This document shows positions 28,696-38,270 of a stretch of DNA of 46,381 nt, piece after piece; the stretch's first letter is position 1, and every line of letters starts with the position of its first letter. The translations under genes and the position numbers were made by a program. Origin of the DNA: Candidatus Poseidoniales archaeon (GTDB taxonomy: Archaea; Thermoplasmatota; Poseidoniia; Poseidoniales; Poseidoniaceae); contig JAPOGE010000003.1 of NCBI GenBank assembly GCA_028283345.1, positions 1 to 46,381 of the forward strand. Reading direction: 5' to 3'. Under the pieces are notes generated by a model that saw nothing but the letters and a program-made list of their open reading frames with translations, did no database searches and had not been told where the DNA came from.

Positions 28696-28904
28696 TGGTG
28701 ACCGTACGAAAACGAAGGCCACCAGGATTAGCCTTCAGGCACGGCTTACGTAATTTGGGTTAATCTCCGAACAACCTATCCCCCGAAGGCCGAGTGTCGT
28801 AACAACATCTGGTGGCCGGTGATGATGAGAGCATCACGAACTTCTCCGGCCATGGTGGGCCATCGACCACAGGGTTTCAAGTCCGCGCCCCCCACGAGGT
28901 GGCA

Positions 28905-29390
28905 ATGGGCGATTCACAATCCGTCACCGAGGCACCGGAGTGGCGACATTTTCTCGGATTGGGAATCATTCTGGTGGCGCAATCATGGTATGATTTCACC
29001 CCATCTGGCCCATGGGATAGCCGGCCGTTCTCAAGAGGGGTCATTGGCCTGATTGGACTCGGATTGATTTATCTGTCCTGGTTCAGATACACCTTTGCTC
29101 TGAAGGGCCGAGTTATACCTACTATCGACCTGTGGAAAAATCCCGATTCCAGTCTCCCACTGCTCGCCATCACCGGTGCGGCTTTCGTCGCTGCGGCATG
29201 GTTGGCAGGTAATGTATTGGGTGACTACCTGCCCGAACCGACCGGGCTGTTGCTAAATTTATTTGGTCTGATGATGCTACTACAGGCGCTCTATGTGTGG
29301 ATGGTTCTTTTCGGCCCTCTGGCCGAGGATGACCCTGAGCCCAAACCATATTCAAAAGCCGACTTGGGAAACGATTCCGAGTCTGAATGA
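28905..29390 (+). CDS. Hypothetical membrane protein (about 4 TM)
   Basis: ATG at 28905 follows GAGGTGG; hydrophobic segments. Confidence 0.7.
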   Translation: MGDSQSVTEAPEWRHFLGLGIILVAQSWYDFTPSGPWDSRPFSRGVIGLIGLGLIYLSWFRYTFALKGRVIPTIDLWKNPDSSLPLLAITGAAFVAAAWLAGNVLGDYLPEPTGLLLNLFGLMMLLQALYVWMVLFGPLAEDDPEPKPYSKADLGNDSESE

Positions 29391-29391
29391 T

Positions 29392-29931
29392 TCAGCGCAT
29401 CCCCGGTTTCCAGAAAGTGAAGGGTACCGGCGCCTCATCAGCCGCAGCCCTGGCGGCCAAATGATCAGCCCGCTCATTCCAGCGATGCCCGCGATGCGCT
29501 CGCACATGCTTCCACTCCACCCCACCAACCGATTGCACTTCATCCCACAAGGCCCTTGCCCGGGTGACCAGAGCGAGATTCGCCTTGGCCCTCCAAGTTC
29601 CATCGGTGATGTTTCCAGCATAGTTTGAATCGGTGCGAATAATGTATTCACCAGTACCATCTCGCGAGAGAATCCACCTCAACGCGTGGGCGAATGCCGA
29701 CAATTCACCGGTATTATTGGAGCCGATTTCAGCGCCGATGAAGTCCTCATCCCTGGTATCGGTGATGACCTTACCAGACTTTTCCTCGAACAATTCACCG
29801 CTGCCTTTGCCCAGCCCGGTATCACCTGTCACGATTACCACTCCCCAGCCGGCCGGGGTTTGTGAATCAACATTCTGGTTACCCAGGCATGAGCCGTCGA
29901 CGTAGAGATGAATCACCCCAGCCGCAGCCAA
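29392..29931 (-). CDS. rnhA: Ribonuclease HI
   Basis: YVDGSC..N, SNNTGEL, TDS.Y, W.HVRAH.G..WNERAD (D-E-D-D active site). Confidence 0.9.
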   Translation of the reverse strand: MAAAGVIHLYVDGSCLGNQNVDSQTPAGWGVVIVTGDTGLGKGSGELFEEKSGKVITDTRDEDFIGAEIGSNNTGELSAFAHALRWILSRDGTGEYIIRTDSNYAGNITDGTWRAKANLALVTRARALWDEVQSVGGVEWKHVRAHRGHRWNERADHLAARAAADEAPVPFTFWKPGMR

Positions 29932-29940
29932 AACAATCCC

Positions 29941-30321
29941 TCAAGCAATTATCACCCGATAGTCATCAGCCGCCATCAAACCCTCGGTGGCGTTACTATT
30001 GGACCGCTTGAAGCGGATAATCCATCCCGCTCCATATGGGTCTTGATTAATCAGTTCTGGAGCATCTTCCAAGGCCTGGTTCACCGCTAGTATTTCTCCG
30101 CCCATCGGGGCGAAGATCGGCGAAGCAGATTTCACCGATTCGACCAGGGCGAACTCATCCATTTCGCCAAACTCCTCGCCGACCTCGGGCAGTTCGATGT
30201 AGACGATATCGGTGAGCGCCTCCTGTGCATGGTCGGTGATGCCGACGACGACCTCATCTCCTTCGATGCGCAACCACTCGTGTTCCTTGGTGTAGAATAA
30301 ATTTTCTGGCACCTCACTCAT
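29941..30321 (-). CDS. gcvH: Glycine cleavage system H protein
   Basis: YTKEHEW, VGITDHAQ, VESVK (lipoyl Lys), INQDPYGAGW. Confidence 0.96.
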   Translation of the reverse strand: MSEVPENLFYTKEHEWLRIEGDEVVVGITDHAQEALTDIVYIELPEVGEEFGEMDEFALVESVKSASPIFAPMGGEILAVNQALEDAPELINQDPYGAGWIIRFKRSNSNATEGLMAADDYRVIIA

Positions 30322-30387
30322 CTCTATCCCTATTCCTTGCGCAGAGTGGGGAGAGGGTCAATGTTTCCCCTTCGGGATAGCGCCAAT

Positions 30388-30732
30388 CTATTCATCCTCG
30401 CCGACTTCGGTCGATAGGAGGTCAACTTCCAGTTGTGCCCATGCACCACCGATTTCCGCCTCCTTTTCCTCTGATTCGACCTGCTCTTGCACTCGTTCCA
30501 CCAATTCATCTCGGCCTTCATCAGGAAATAATCCAGACAGCAATCCAGACTTCCCCTCGCCCATGGTAAGGCCGATTCCGATGCACACTAGGGCGGCGAG
30601 AGGAATCAACCAGCCGAGACTGAATTCATCACCGCTCAGCATCCCTCGCTGAAGCGACAGACCACTGACCAGCAACAACCCCAGACCTGAACCGAGCAAT
30701 AGCCGCTGAGCGGCGGCGGAGGGGTTATCCAT
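30388..30732 (-). CDS. Small hypothetical membrane protein (2 TM plus acidic tail)
   Basis: ORF co-oriented with neighbours; two hydrophobic segments. Confidence 0.7.
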   Translation of the reverse strand: MDNPSAAAQRLLLGSGLGLLLVSGLSLQRGMLSGDEFSLGWLIPLAALVCIGIGLTMGEGKSGLLSGLFPDEGRDELVERVQEQVESEEKEAEIGGAWAQLEVDLLSTEVGEDE

Positions 30733-30779
30733 GACTCAGTGCCGGTACTGACCTGCAAATGAAACCAACGCCGCGGGAA

Positions 30780-31364
30780 TCAGTATGTCTCGTGCATCAA
30801 TTTATGAATCTTGTATGGTAATAAGGCCCGATTCACCGGCGTCACCTCAAGAATTCGGGCATCGTCGCGCCGACGAATATCTTGCAAAAGTGGGTGGCGA
30901 CTCTTTTTGTGCAGCGCCAGAATTGTCGGTTTGTCGACTTCAAGTGCCAAGCGTACCGCATCGACGAAGGCTTCAGATTCAACCGCGAATTTACCGATTT
31001 CATCGATAACAATCATCTCACATTCCTCATGGGCGAATTCGATTGCGGGAACGGCCACCCGTTCCAATTCTTCCAGATTGAGTCCATAACCGAGAACCCG
31101 TAAACGGGTGTCGATGTCTTTGTGGGCGATTATCCCCTCTTCTCCGGTGTTGATGTCGATACACTTGTAACCGACCCGCTCACCATTCTCGACCAAAGGT
31201 TCGGTACGCATTCCGCCGATGATATTGAATTCACTCAAATCACCTCCGCGTTGGAGAATCTCCGATTTACGCTCGGACATGAGCATATCCACCACCTTTT
31301 CCATTACCGCGCTTTTTCCACTTCGCGGCAGGCCGGTAATGCCTATTTTCGGATGAATTCCCAT
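30780..31364 (-). CDS. Nucleoside-triphosphatase (THEP1/COG1618 NTPase)
   Basis: IGITGLPRSGKS, GGMRT, VIDEIGKF, EVTPVNR. Confidence 0.9.
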   Translation of the reverse strand: MGIHPKIGITGLPRSGKSAVMEKVVDMLMSERKSEILQRGGDLSEFNIIGGMRTEPLVENGERVGYKCIDINTGEEGIIAHKDIDTRLRVLGYGLNLEELERVAVPAIEFAHEECEMIVIDEIGKFAVESEAFVDAVRLALEVDKPTILALHKKSRHPLLQDIRRRDDARILEVTPVNRALLPYKIHKLMHETY

Positions 31365-31484
31365 TTCCCAAACCCCCACTTATCTTCGACTTCGAATACT
31401 AATCCTGTAAGAAGTATATGATAAAGGATACGGTATGTGGAAACAGCAACACTTGTTCCGGAAAAACCCTACAAAAAGAGCAAT

Positions 31485-33482
31485 TCAATTGCTTATTTCA
31501 GCCTTTACCTCCGGGAAATCCAGTGGTAACATCTCGAGCTCGTAGTTATTCACATTGTTATTGGCAGCCCACGCGCGCGCCCATTCATCCAACTTATCGT
31601 CGTTGAGACGAGCACATAGCCAAGTAAGACCATCGGTGAGGGAACCGTGCTCATCGGCAAGGCGTTCCCGTACGGTCTGAGGAATTTCGATGTGGTTGAC
31701 ACTATTACCCAGAACACACCCGCTGGGCATGACTACCCAGCGCAGGCGGCGTTGCTGATGGGCATTGACTATCGCTTGACAAGCCAGCCTGGGCTCGGCC
31801 GGAGATTTCATTTCCCCGGTCCAACGCGCCTGTTGCCGCTCATTCGCCCGTGAAGGGATTCCCTTCTCGAATGCAGGGTGGCGCAGACTGATTGCCCCTT
31901 CACCATCATCGGTGAAGTGCACCCCGCGAATGAAGGGAGTCCCCTTACCACCACCATTCCACGGCTTGATGTAAGAAGCATGGCTGGTCTGGTCGATTTC
32001 ACCGACCCTCACCTTGACGCTCTCGCCGTCAACGGTGAGTAATCCAAAAGGTTCCGTCAATCTAGGTTTGTATGACAGGTCGTCGACCGTGGTGAGTAGA
32101 TTTTGTCGTAGAAGTGGTGAGCGGGGAAGGCGGGGGACCCCCCATTCACCGCGGGTCCAGCGTTCCCAGCGATCGATATCCAGGGTCAGGGTGGGAACCT
32201 TGCTGGCGAAGCCCTTGCCATCAGAGCGAAGGTCGGTGCGGTCCATCGGGCCGATCATACACAATCCAGAAGTCGTTCCTTGGGCGATTACCGAGATGAC
32301 CACAACCCCTTGACTGATCCCGGAGAACAGGCAGTTGCCCTCGTCGAAGAACCAGATATTCTCCCACTCGTGTTTGCTTACCAGCAGTTGCCGCAGAGGC
32401 GAGCTACTCTGTTCACGTAGCAGGCTGTCGGGAACGATGATTCTCAAGCGCCCCTCCGGCATCAGAATCTGTAACCCACGCTCGATGAACAGGCGGTACA
32501 GGTTGACGTTGCCACGCATCGTCGAGAAGCGCTTTACCTCCCCGTCGCGCAGAGAGCGCAGTGCTTCACCCAATTCCTTGCGCAGACTACTGCCTTCCGG
32601 ATGACCGCGGAAGCGGTCCTTGATTCGCAACCAAGGCGGATTGGCAAAGAGAAGGCGAGGTCGGGCCGCGAACGGCCATTCACCTTGCAAGGTGTCAGCC
32701 ACCCGGACAACCCCATCAATTAATTTCACCGCTTCTTTACGGCCGAGTCTTCCTTCATCCCCATCATCGTCCAAGGTCGCAAGATTATAGCGTACCAGTT
32801 CCAGGAATATCCGTTGCTTGGTTATGTCGACAACCAGTGGCGATACATCACACAACTGCAGATTACGTAGAAGTAGACGGGTATCATCGAGGCGAATCTC
32901 GCCACTCCATTTCTTACTGATGGCTGAATGTTGCTTTAGAATTCGTGCCGCGAAAAGTCCACCACCCGTAGCCGGGTCAGCCATCGGTAGCAGGACTCCA
33001 CTTCTGGTACGAACACCATTCTCGACATCTTCCAGAGCCGCAGCGTCAGATTCAGGAGCAACATCATTTTTCAGGTGGGCGAGATTGAGCAAGGCGATTT
33101 GTTGGCGGAAGCCAGGGGGGAGGGCATCTAGTGGTAGAACGGGAGTGTCTTCCTCCTCCTCGATCTCCTCTTGCACCGCCTCGATCAGTTCAGAGATGAT
33201 GATTGAGTCCGCCAACTTCGGCGGGGTCGGATGGGCGCCTCTAGGGCTACGGCCATCGAGCTCGGCGTCGTGTCGAGCCAGCAGGTGGTCAAGCACATTC
33301 CCGGGGTCGGTAAGAAGGGTTGCTGGTAGTGTCGGCCAGTCTTCGGGGAGGTGGGCTGCGACAGGTATTTTCTTGCGTAGGGATTGTTCCCAAGCAGACA
33401 ACCAAATTTGTATCTGTTCAGGCCGGTCATCAATCACGCGGTCGAGTCTGGCATACCATCCACTTACCCCATCATGTCTCAT
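31485..33482 (-). CDS. N6-adenine DNA methyltransferase (Eco57I/TaqI-like gamma class), apparently orphan
   Basis: G..PTP (motif X), DPATGGGLF (motif I), ANPPW (motif IV), NLYRLFIERGL, IVPDSLL, C-terminal TRD-like region. Confidence 0.85.
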   Translation of the reverse strand: MRHDGVSGWYARLDRVIDDRPEQIQIWLSAWEQSLRKKIPVAAHLPEDWPTLPATLLTDPGNVLDHLLARHDAELDGRSPRGAHPTPPKLADSIIISELIEAVQEEIEEEEDTPVLPLDALPPGFRQQIALLNLAHLKNDVAPESDAAALEDVENGVRTRSGVLLPMADPATGGGLFAARILKQHSAISKKWSGEIRLDDTRLLLRNLQLCDVSPLVVDITKQRIFLELVRYNLATLDDDGDEGRLGRKEAVKLIDGVVRVADTLQGEWPFAARPRLLFANPPWLRIKDRFRGHPEGSSLRKELGEALRSLRDGEVKRFSTMRGNVNLYRLFIERGLQILMPEGRLRIIVPDSLLREQSSSPLRQLLVSKHEWENIWFFDEGNCLFSGISQGVVVISVIAQGTTSGLCMIGPMDRTDLRSDGKGFASKVPTLTLDIDRWERWTRGEWGVPRLPRSPLLRQNLLTTVDDLSYKPRLTEPFGLLTVDGESVKVRVGEIDQTSHASYIKPWNGGGKGTPFIRGVHFTDDGEGAISLRHPAFEKGIPSRANERQQARWTGEMKSPAEPRLACQAIVNAHQQRRLRWVVMPSGCVLGNSVNHIEIPQTVRERLADEHGSLTDGLTWLCARLNDDKLDEWARAWAANNNVNNYELEMLPLDFPEVKAEISN

Positions 33483-33580
33483 TGCCGTCCCCGTTCAAGA
33501 TGGAGAGGCCATTGCATATGAATACCTACGGCGCGTATGCGCAGCCCCGAAAAACATGCACCACCGAGGAGGAAAAAACC

Positions 33581-34036
33581 TCAGTTATCCAGAACCGATT
33601 CATCGCCCAGAATCGGCGATGAAACCAATTCTCTACCATGCGCAGATTGCCGCCATTGGGTAGACACCCATTCGATAAGTTGGTCGATTACGATTTCATC
33701 CAATCCAGATTTTTTGTGCACCTCTGCCAAGATTGATAATTCCCTTGCATCATAGTCGCCATCACACGCGGCAATTAAGAAACCATCGCGCAAAGTCAGA
33801 CGCGCGGTAGCCTCATCCAAGCGACCGAGGAGGTCATCTCGGTTTGGCGGATTTGCCAGTAATTGGCGCATCTGACTACGTGATTCCGGGTGCACCAAGG
33901 CCCGCCCCATCGCCTGCTCCAACGCCGACACCTCTTCACGAACCAATTCACCATCGGCCGAACATATCAATGCCAATATAGAAATGTAGAGGCGCTTCTG
34001 CTCCTCGCCGAGGTTATCGACCGCGTCGGGCAGCAT
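33581..34036 (-). CDS. TerB family protein
   Basis: Two ADG/CDG-x4-E motifs (SADGELVREE, ACDGDYDARE) in a helical domain. Confidence 0.8.
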   Translation of the reverse strand: MLPDAVDNLGEEQKRLYISILALICSADGELVREEVSALEQAMGRALVHPESRSQMRQLLANPPNRDDLLGRLDEATARLTLRDGFLIAACDGDYDARELSILAEVHKKSGLDEIVIDQLIEWVSTQWRQSAHGRELVSSPILGDESVLDN

Positions 34037-34044
34037 GACAATCC

Positions 34045-34470
34045 TCAGAGTTCGTTCAGTAACTCAAAACCGGCTTGCATCCAGTTATACCCATCGCGTA
34101 CCCAAGCGAGCATCCGATTGATAGCTCCATCTTCAAGGTCGAGAAGGCTGGCCAATTCTCTGAGGGCTTCCATCTCGGAATCATCAACGGTTCCATCGGC
34201 GGCACTCATCAGCACCGCATCTCGGAATGCCAACCTACCACCCTCGGGACTCAGTTTAGATAGCGATTCGGCAAGAGGCGGTGGAGATTTCAGTGAAACC
34301 CGCACTTCCTTACGCTGACTGGGAGAAAGAAGCGCGGTTCCCAGACGCTGTTCAAACATTGCCATTTCCTCAATCGTCACTTCATTGTCTACTCGGCTCA
34401 TGTATGCCAGAACCTTGGCATAGGCGAAGCGCTCGACTTGGGGTAACTTGTGCAGGGTATCGGGTAGCAT
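34045..34470 (-). CDS. TerB family protein (paralog)
   Basis: RVDNEVTIEE and AADGTVDDSE motifs; alignable by eye with the downstream paralog. Confidence 0.8.
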   Translation of the reverse strand: MLPDTLHKLPQVERFAYAKVLAYMSRVDNEVTIEEMAMFEQRLGTALLSPSQRKEVRVSLKSPPPLAESLSKLSPEGGRLAFRDAVLMSAADGTVDDSEMEALRELASLLDLEDGAINRMLAWVRDGYNWMQAGFELLNEL

Positions 34471-34562
34471 GTCTCACCACATACAGCCGCGCCTCAAGAG
34501 ACTATCGCTATTCACCAATCGAAAGTAAATTCATCCCCAGGTGACCTTGCGAGTGAACTAAT

Positions 34563-35387
34563 TCAGTCGTCGGCGGTTTCGACATCACTGGGCTTACCGG
34601 TAAGAATTGTACGCAGTCTAGCATTATCGCGCTGAATGGCCGCCATCCAATCGTACTTCACACCCAACTCCTCTGCCAATACCCCCAAGGCCACCGAGTC
34701 TTTGGGCAAGCACTTACCTCCAAATCCTCGATTCAGGCCGAAGATGGGGTCGAGGTGTGATTTGCCTATCGGCTGTGCCTGTTGGGCGGTGATGATATCA
34801 CTTATCGCATACCAATCCTCGCCCAGCGCTTCGCAGATATCGTATAATTGGTTGGCGAATATCACCTTCATGGCATAGAAGGTATTTTTCGTATACTTCA
34901 CCAATTCGGCTTGGGTGGGAGTGACGTGGAAACACTGGTCCCGCCGCAGGACTCCCGCTTCCCGGTGTTGTTGAAATACTCTCTCAGCCAAGTCGGGGTG
35001 ATGCGTGCCACAAACCAGAATGTCCTGATTTCCAAAGTCCTCCAGATGTCTGCGCTCGACTAGAAATTCTGGTGAATAAGCTATTTTCAATGCTGGATAT
35101 CCAAGGTGATATGATTGGGTGGTGCCGGGAATGACAGTGCTCTTTATCACCGCAGAAAATCCATCGGGTAATTCATCGAGCACGCTCTCGACAATTCTGG
35201 TATCACAGGCTCCGGTCTCGGGATGGGGTGGGGTCGGCACCGCGATGTAGGCCATATCGACATTATCGGTAACGTCACAGAGGGTGGTGCCGCGCACCGG
35301 GTCGTGGATGAACAATTCATGGTGGTCACTAAAGTGGTGTTCAATCGCTCCTCCGACGATTCCAGCACCGATTATTCCAACTTTCAC
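34563..35387 (-). CDS. UDP-glucose/GDP-mannose dehydrogenase family protein (short form)
   Basis: [46 protein letters not shown]. Confidence 0.88.
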   Translation of the reverse strand: MKVGIIGAGIVGGAIEHHFSDHHELFIHDPVRGTTLCDVTDNVDMAYIAVPTPPHPETGACDTRIVESVLDELPDGFSAVIKSTVIPGTTQSYHLGYPALKIAYSPEFLVERRHLEDFGNQDILVCGTHHPDLAERVFQQHREAGVLRRDQCFHVTPTQAELVKYTKNTFYAMKVIFANQLYDICEALGEDWYAISDIITAQQAQPIGKSHLDPIFGLNRGFGGKCLPKDSVALGVLAEELGVKYDWMAAIQRDNARLRTILTGKPSDVETADD

Positions 35388-35421
35388 CGAAATTCCCCCT
35401 TACCCTACATCCCATCGTTTC

Positions 35422-36198
35422 TCAAGAATCCAAGTCCGCATCGCCTTCCCGAAAGTTGCACGGTTCAGGATTCAGCAGACCATCCTTTGCCATTTTTGCC
35501 GCCGCTAACAGCGCGTCGGGAGTGCCACAATCGAGCCAGGTTTCATCCTCGAGAATTCGTAATTCCGCCGACCCATCTTCGACATATAGACGATTGACAT
35601 CGGTGATTGAGATCTCGCCCTCTTTCTCGTCCACCACCCGGTCCAAAAAATGCCAAAAGCGCTCATCGTAAAGGTATATTCCGCCGATGGCGATATTTGA
35701 GGGGGGGTCGACAGGCTTTTCGACGATATCTGACAAGACGCCATCCTCATTCAATATCGCTACCCCGAAGCATTGTGGATTTTTGACTTCCCGGGCCAGT
35801 AATACACAGCCGGGGGGCTTTTCTGAATTGCGAAACCTCTCGGCATCGGCGAAGATTTCTGCGGTGGTGATATTATCGGAGAAGTAGATCAGCAGGCGAC
35901 AATCCTGCGTGTGTGGTCGAGCCAGATTCAGAGCATGTTGAACCCCTTTCGGCTGTTCTTCGATGACATAGTGAATGTTCTCACCTTCAAGCCCGCTCCC
36001 GACGTGCTGGGCGATCTGGCCGATGAAACGGTTGCCGATGATGGTGATGTCGGTGATTCCGGCCCGGCGAATCGTGCCCAGGGCATAATCGATCACTGGT
36101 CGACGATGTAATGGTAGCAATGTTTTATGGGTATAACGGGTGAATGGATACAACCTCGAGCCATGGCCGCCGGCCACTATTATCGCCTTTATCCGCAT
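35422..36198 (-). CDS. Sugar-1-phosphate nucleotidyltransferase (glucose-1-phosphate thymidylyltransferase-like)
   Basis: AGGHGSRLYPFT...K.LLP, IVEKP, E..ITDVN, WLDCGT. Confidence 0.88.
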   Translation of the reverse strand: MRIKAIIVAGGHGSRLYPFTRYTHKTLLPLHRRPVIDYALGTIRRAGITDITIIGNRFIGQIAQHVGSGLEGENIHYVIEEQPKGVQHALNLARPHTQDCRLLIYFSDNITTAEIFADAERFRNSEKPPGCVLLAREVKNPQCFGVAILNEDGVLSDIVEKPVDPPSNIAIGGIYLYDERFWHFLDRVVDEKEGEISITDVNRLYVEDGSAELRILEDETWLDCGTPDALLAAAKMAKDGLLNPEPCNFREGDADLDS

Positions 36199-36262
36199 CT
36201 TATCCGAAGCGTGGCGCAAGGTACTACTTCTTGAGATTCACCCTAGATCAGAAAAGTCCCGA

Positions 36263-37003
36263 TTACTCTTCCTCAGAGATACCTCCGGTCAATCTTAGCA
36301 TCGCTCCTTCATCCGCAGTCCGCTCGAAATGACCTTCTCTCACCAAGTCACCCAGGCGCTCAACCCCCGCTTCAATCATCTCAGGGTCGTTTAACTCAGC
36401 CGCTTCCCATCTCCGTTGCGCCTGCACCGCGGCGAGATCATCTGCAGTAGCGACCATTATCTCGCCCTTGGTCAATTCTCCTTCCATCCCCTCATATTTT
36501 TTACCATGGCGAATCGCATCTCGACGCAGCATCCGCTTCGACATCTCCGAATCACTTCGTCCCCAATCGGGTCCCTTCAGGTCGTCGCCTCTGGTGACAT
36601 ACATTGCCGCTCCAGTGGTTTCATCGAAATCTTTGGCGAGTTTTCCGGCACGGTTATTTTCAACCAATTCAATAATCCATTCCAGGTCCATCGCTTCTTC
36701 TTCATCCCACGCGATATCGATGCTATCGAGTAGTGAGATGACCTTCCGACGGTGATAGGACTGAATTGAAATGATAAGAAAGACACAGACGATGATTCCG
36801 ATTGCACTGGAGATATGGAAGGAGATTAATTCGTCACCCTTGAAAACGTTGAGAAAAATCGCGGTGATTGGGAATAGGGCGGTTACCCCGCCACATACCG
36901 CCAGCACCGAGGTCATATTATTGGTTAAATTATACGACCTTTCAATCTGCATCGCCACGTTCGGGGAGGCATCGTTTGGTGAAGCCTCAGCCAATTCCCC
37001 CAT
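36263..37003 (-). CDS. Hypothetical membrane protein (2 TM plus cytoplasmic domain)
   Basis: Long ORF with GGAGG RBS and two hydrophobic segments. Confidence 0.7.
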   Translation of the reverse strand: MGELAEASPNDASPNVAMQIERSYNLTNNMTSVLAVCGGVTALFPITAIFLNVFKGDELISFHISSAIGIIVCVFLIISIQSYHRRKVISLLDSIDIAWDEEEAMDLEWIIELVENNRAGKLAKDFDETTGAAMYVTRGDDLKGPDWGRSDSEMSKRMLRRDAIRHGKKYEGMEGELTKGEIMVATADDLAAVQAQRRWEAAELNDPEMIEAGVERLGDLVREGHFERTADEGAMLRLTGGISEEE

Positions 37004-37084
37004 ACCCCCTCCAATATCATCTATGATGAGAAGGTTGCTAGGGTAATCCCCTCACCCCGACATCCTACATTTGATGTAAATCGG

Positions 37085-37135
37085 TCGGACAAACACACCG
37101 TTCCATGGCCGAATCATGCTTTACCCGCTCATCAT
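37085..37135 (-). ncRNA. Candidate box C/D guide sRNA
   Basis: Minus strand reads ATGATGA (C) - GCGGGTAAAGC - ATGA (D') - TTCGGCC - ATGGA (C'-like) - ACGGTGTGTTTGT - CCGA (D variant); 51 nt; the C box overlaps the upstream stop codon. Confidence 0.35.
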
Positions 37136-37371
37136 TCATCCGGGCGCGGTTTGACAATGGCCAGCAATGCTACTCCAGCCCAGATTATCGATAGGACGAC
37201 GAACGGCCATTCTCCGGTGTCGTAGGCCCGGGCACCGAGCAGAATTTGGCCGACCGCCATGCTGGTGAGATAAACCACGGAGCGACTTGAGACGTGGCCG
37301 CGGGTTTCCAAAGAGAAAGCGATGACCACCATGCCCATACCGAAATAGGCACCGAGCATCGTCCAATCCAT
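37132..37371 (-). CDS. Small 3-TM membrane protein (CBU_0592-like)
   Basis: 79 aa, almost entirely hydrophobic, G...+.AF.L / S..Y / WPF...IW pattern; AGGTGG RBS. Confidence 0.7.
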   Translation of the reverse strand: MDWTMLGAYFGMGMVVIAFSLETRGHVSSRSVVYLTSMAVGQILLGARAYDTGEWPFVVLSIIWAGVALLAIVKPRPDE

Positions 37372-37489
37372 ATTCCCACCTGACGGATGATGGGCCGGTC
37401 CTGATGTCTATTTGAAGAATTGCCAGCAATTCACCCATAACTATTGTTGCCACAGCCAATCATTCCCAACCAGGCAACCCCCTTAGAGA

Positions 37490-38131
37490 CTATTTCTCAG
37501 CGATGAAGCAGTTGTCATCGACCTCGTGAATCTCACCTTGCATCAGCAGATGGTCGAGCGCCTCTTCGATTTCTTCCTCGCTTATCTTGCGCGCAAGGAG
37601 GGTCTCTGCGATCATCTCCAGAGGGGCCGAATCCCTACCTTTGCCGATGATTCGGTGGATTTCAAATAGGATTGATTGGGCGGTTATCGCCAGAAACGGG
37701 TCATCGCTGGGCTCGCCCGGCAACAGGGCGGTCAGATAACTGGCGGGGTGCGGCTCAAGTTCGTCCTCATCGGTTTGGTGAAGATGATTTTGCTTCTGGT
37801 TGTTGGCCCGGCTGCGCTCAACGATATCAAAGCAATCAAACAGATTCCGCTGCTCCCTTCCATCCCCACCAACCTCATCGGCTACCTCGAGTCGCTGTGC
37901 CAGCGACTCGATTCTGAATAAGCGTTGTTCGGCCTGTAATCGGGCGCGCTGCAAATCAATGTCGAGAATCTCTAAATCACCCTCGGCTTTTTCCTGCAAC
38001 CAATCATCAATACACCAATTCGCATCGATTCCAATCATCACATCAGCTAATCGTCGTACCGCCTCTGGGAGGTCGGTGAAGCGGGCTTCCGCTTCGTTTC
38101 CTTCCGAACTATTGTCGTCTCTCACGAACAA
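37490..38131 (-). CDS. Hypothetical protein with coiled coil, PIP-box-like motif and C-terminal winged-helix-like segment
   Basis: Heptad stretch DLQRARLQAEQRL..IESLAQRL; QRNLFDCF; C-terminal EEIEEALDHLLMQGEIHEV. Confidence 0.65.
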   Translation of the reverse strand: MFVRDDNSSEGNEAEARFTDLPEAVRRLADVMIGIDANWCIDDWLQEKAEGDLEILDIDLQRARLQAEQRLFRIESLAQRLEVADEVGGDGREQRNLFDCFDIVERSRANNQKQNHLHQTDEDELEPHPASYLTALLPGEPSDDPFLAITAQSILFEIHRIIGKGRDSAPLEMIAETLLARKISEEEIEEALDHLLMQGEIHEVDDNCFIAEK

Positions 38132-38270
38132 CCTACCTACTGGTGACGGTGTAAGAACCCTACCCCACTAGGGCAACCTTTACTTCCATTGCAACTATAC
38201 TTTCAGTAGGCCGGAAGTACGGCTTTTCAGGTTCCATTGGAAGCAGACCCCAACAGTCCTCCGCCGATAG

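Noticed and set aside
32818-33663. 281-aa plus-strand ORF and many other short overlapping ORFs in the track
   Set aside because: Ser/Arg-rich antisense or off-frame shadows of well-supported genes.
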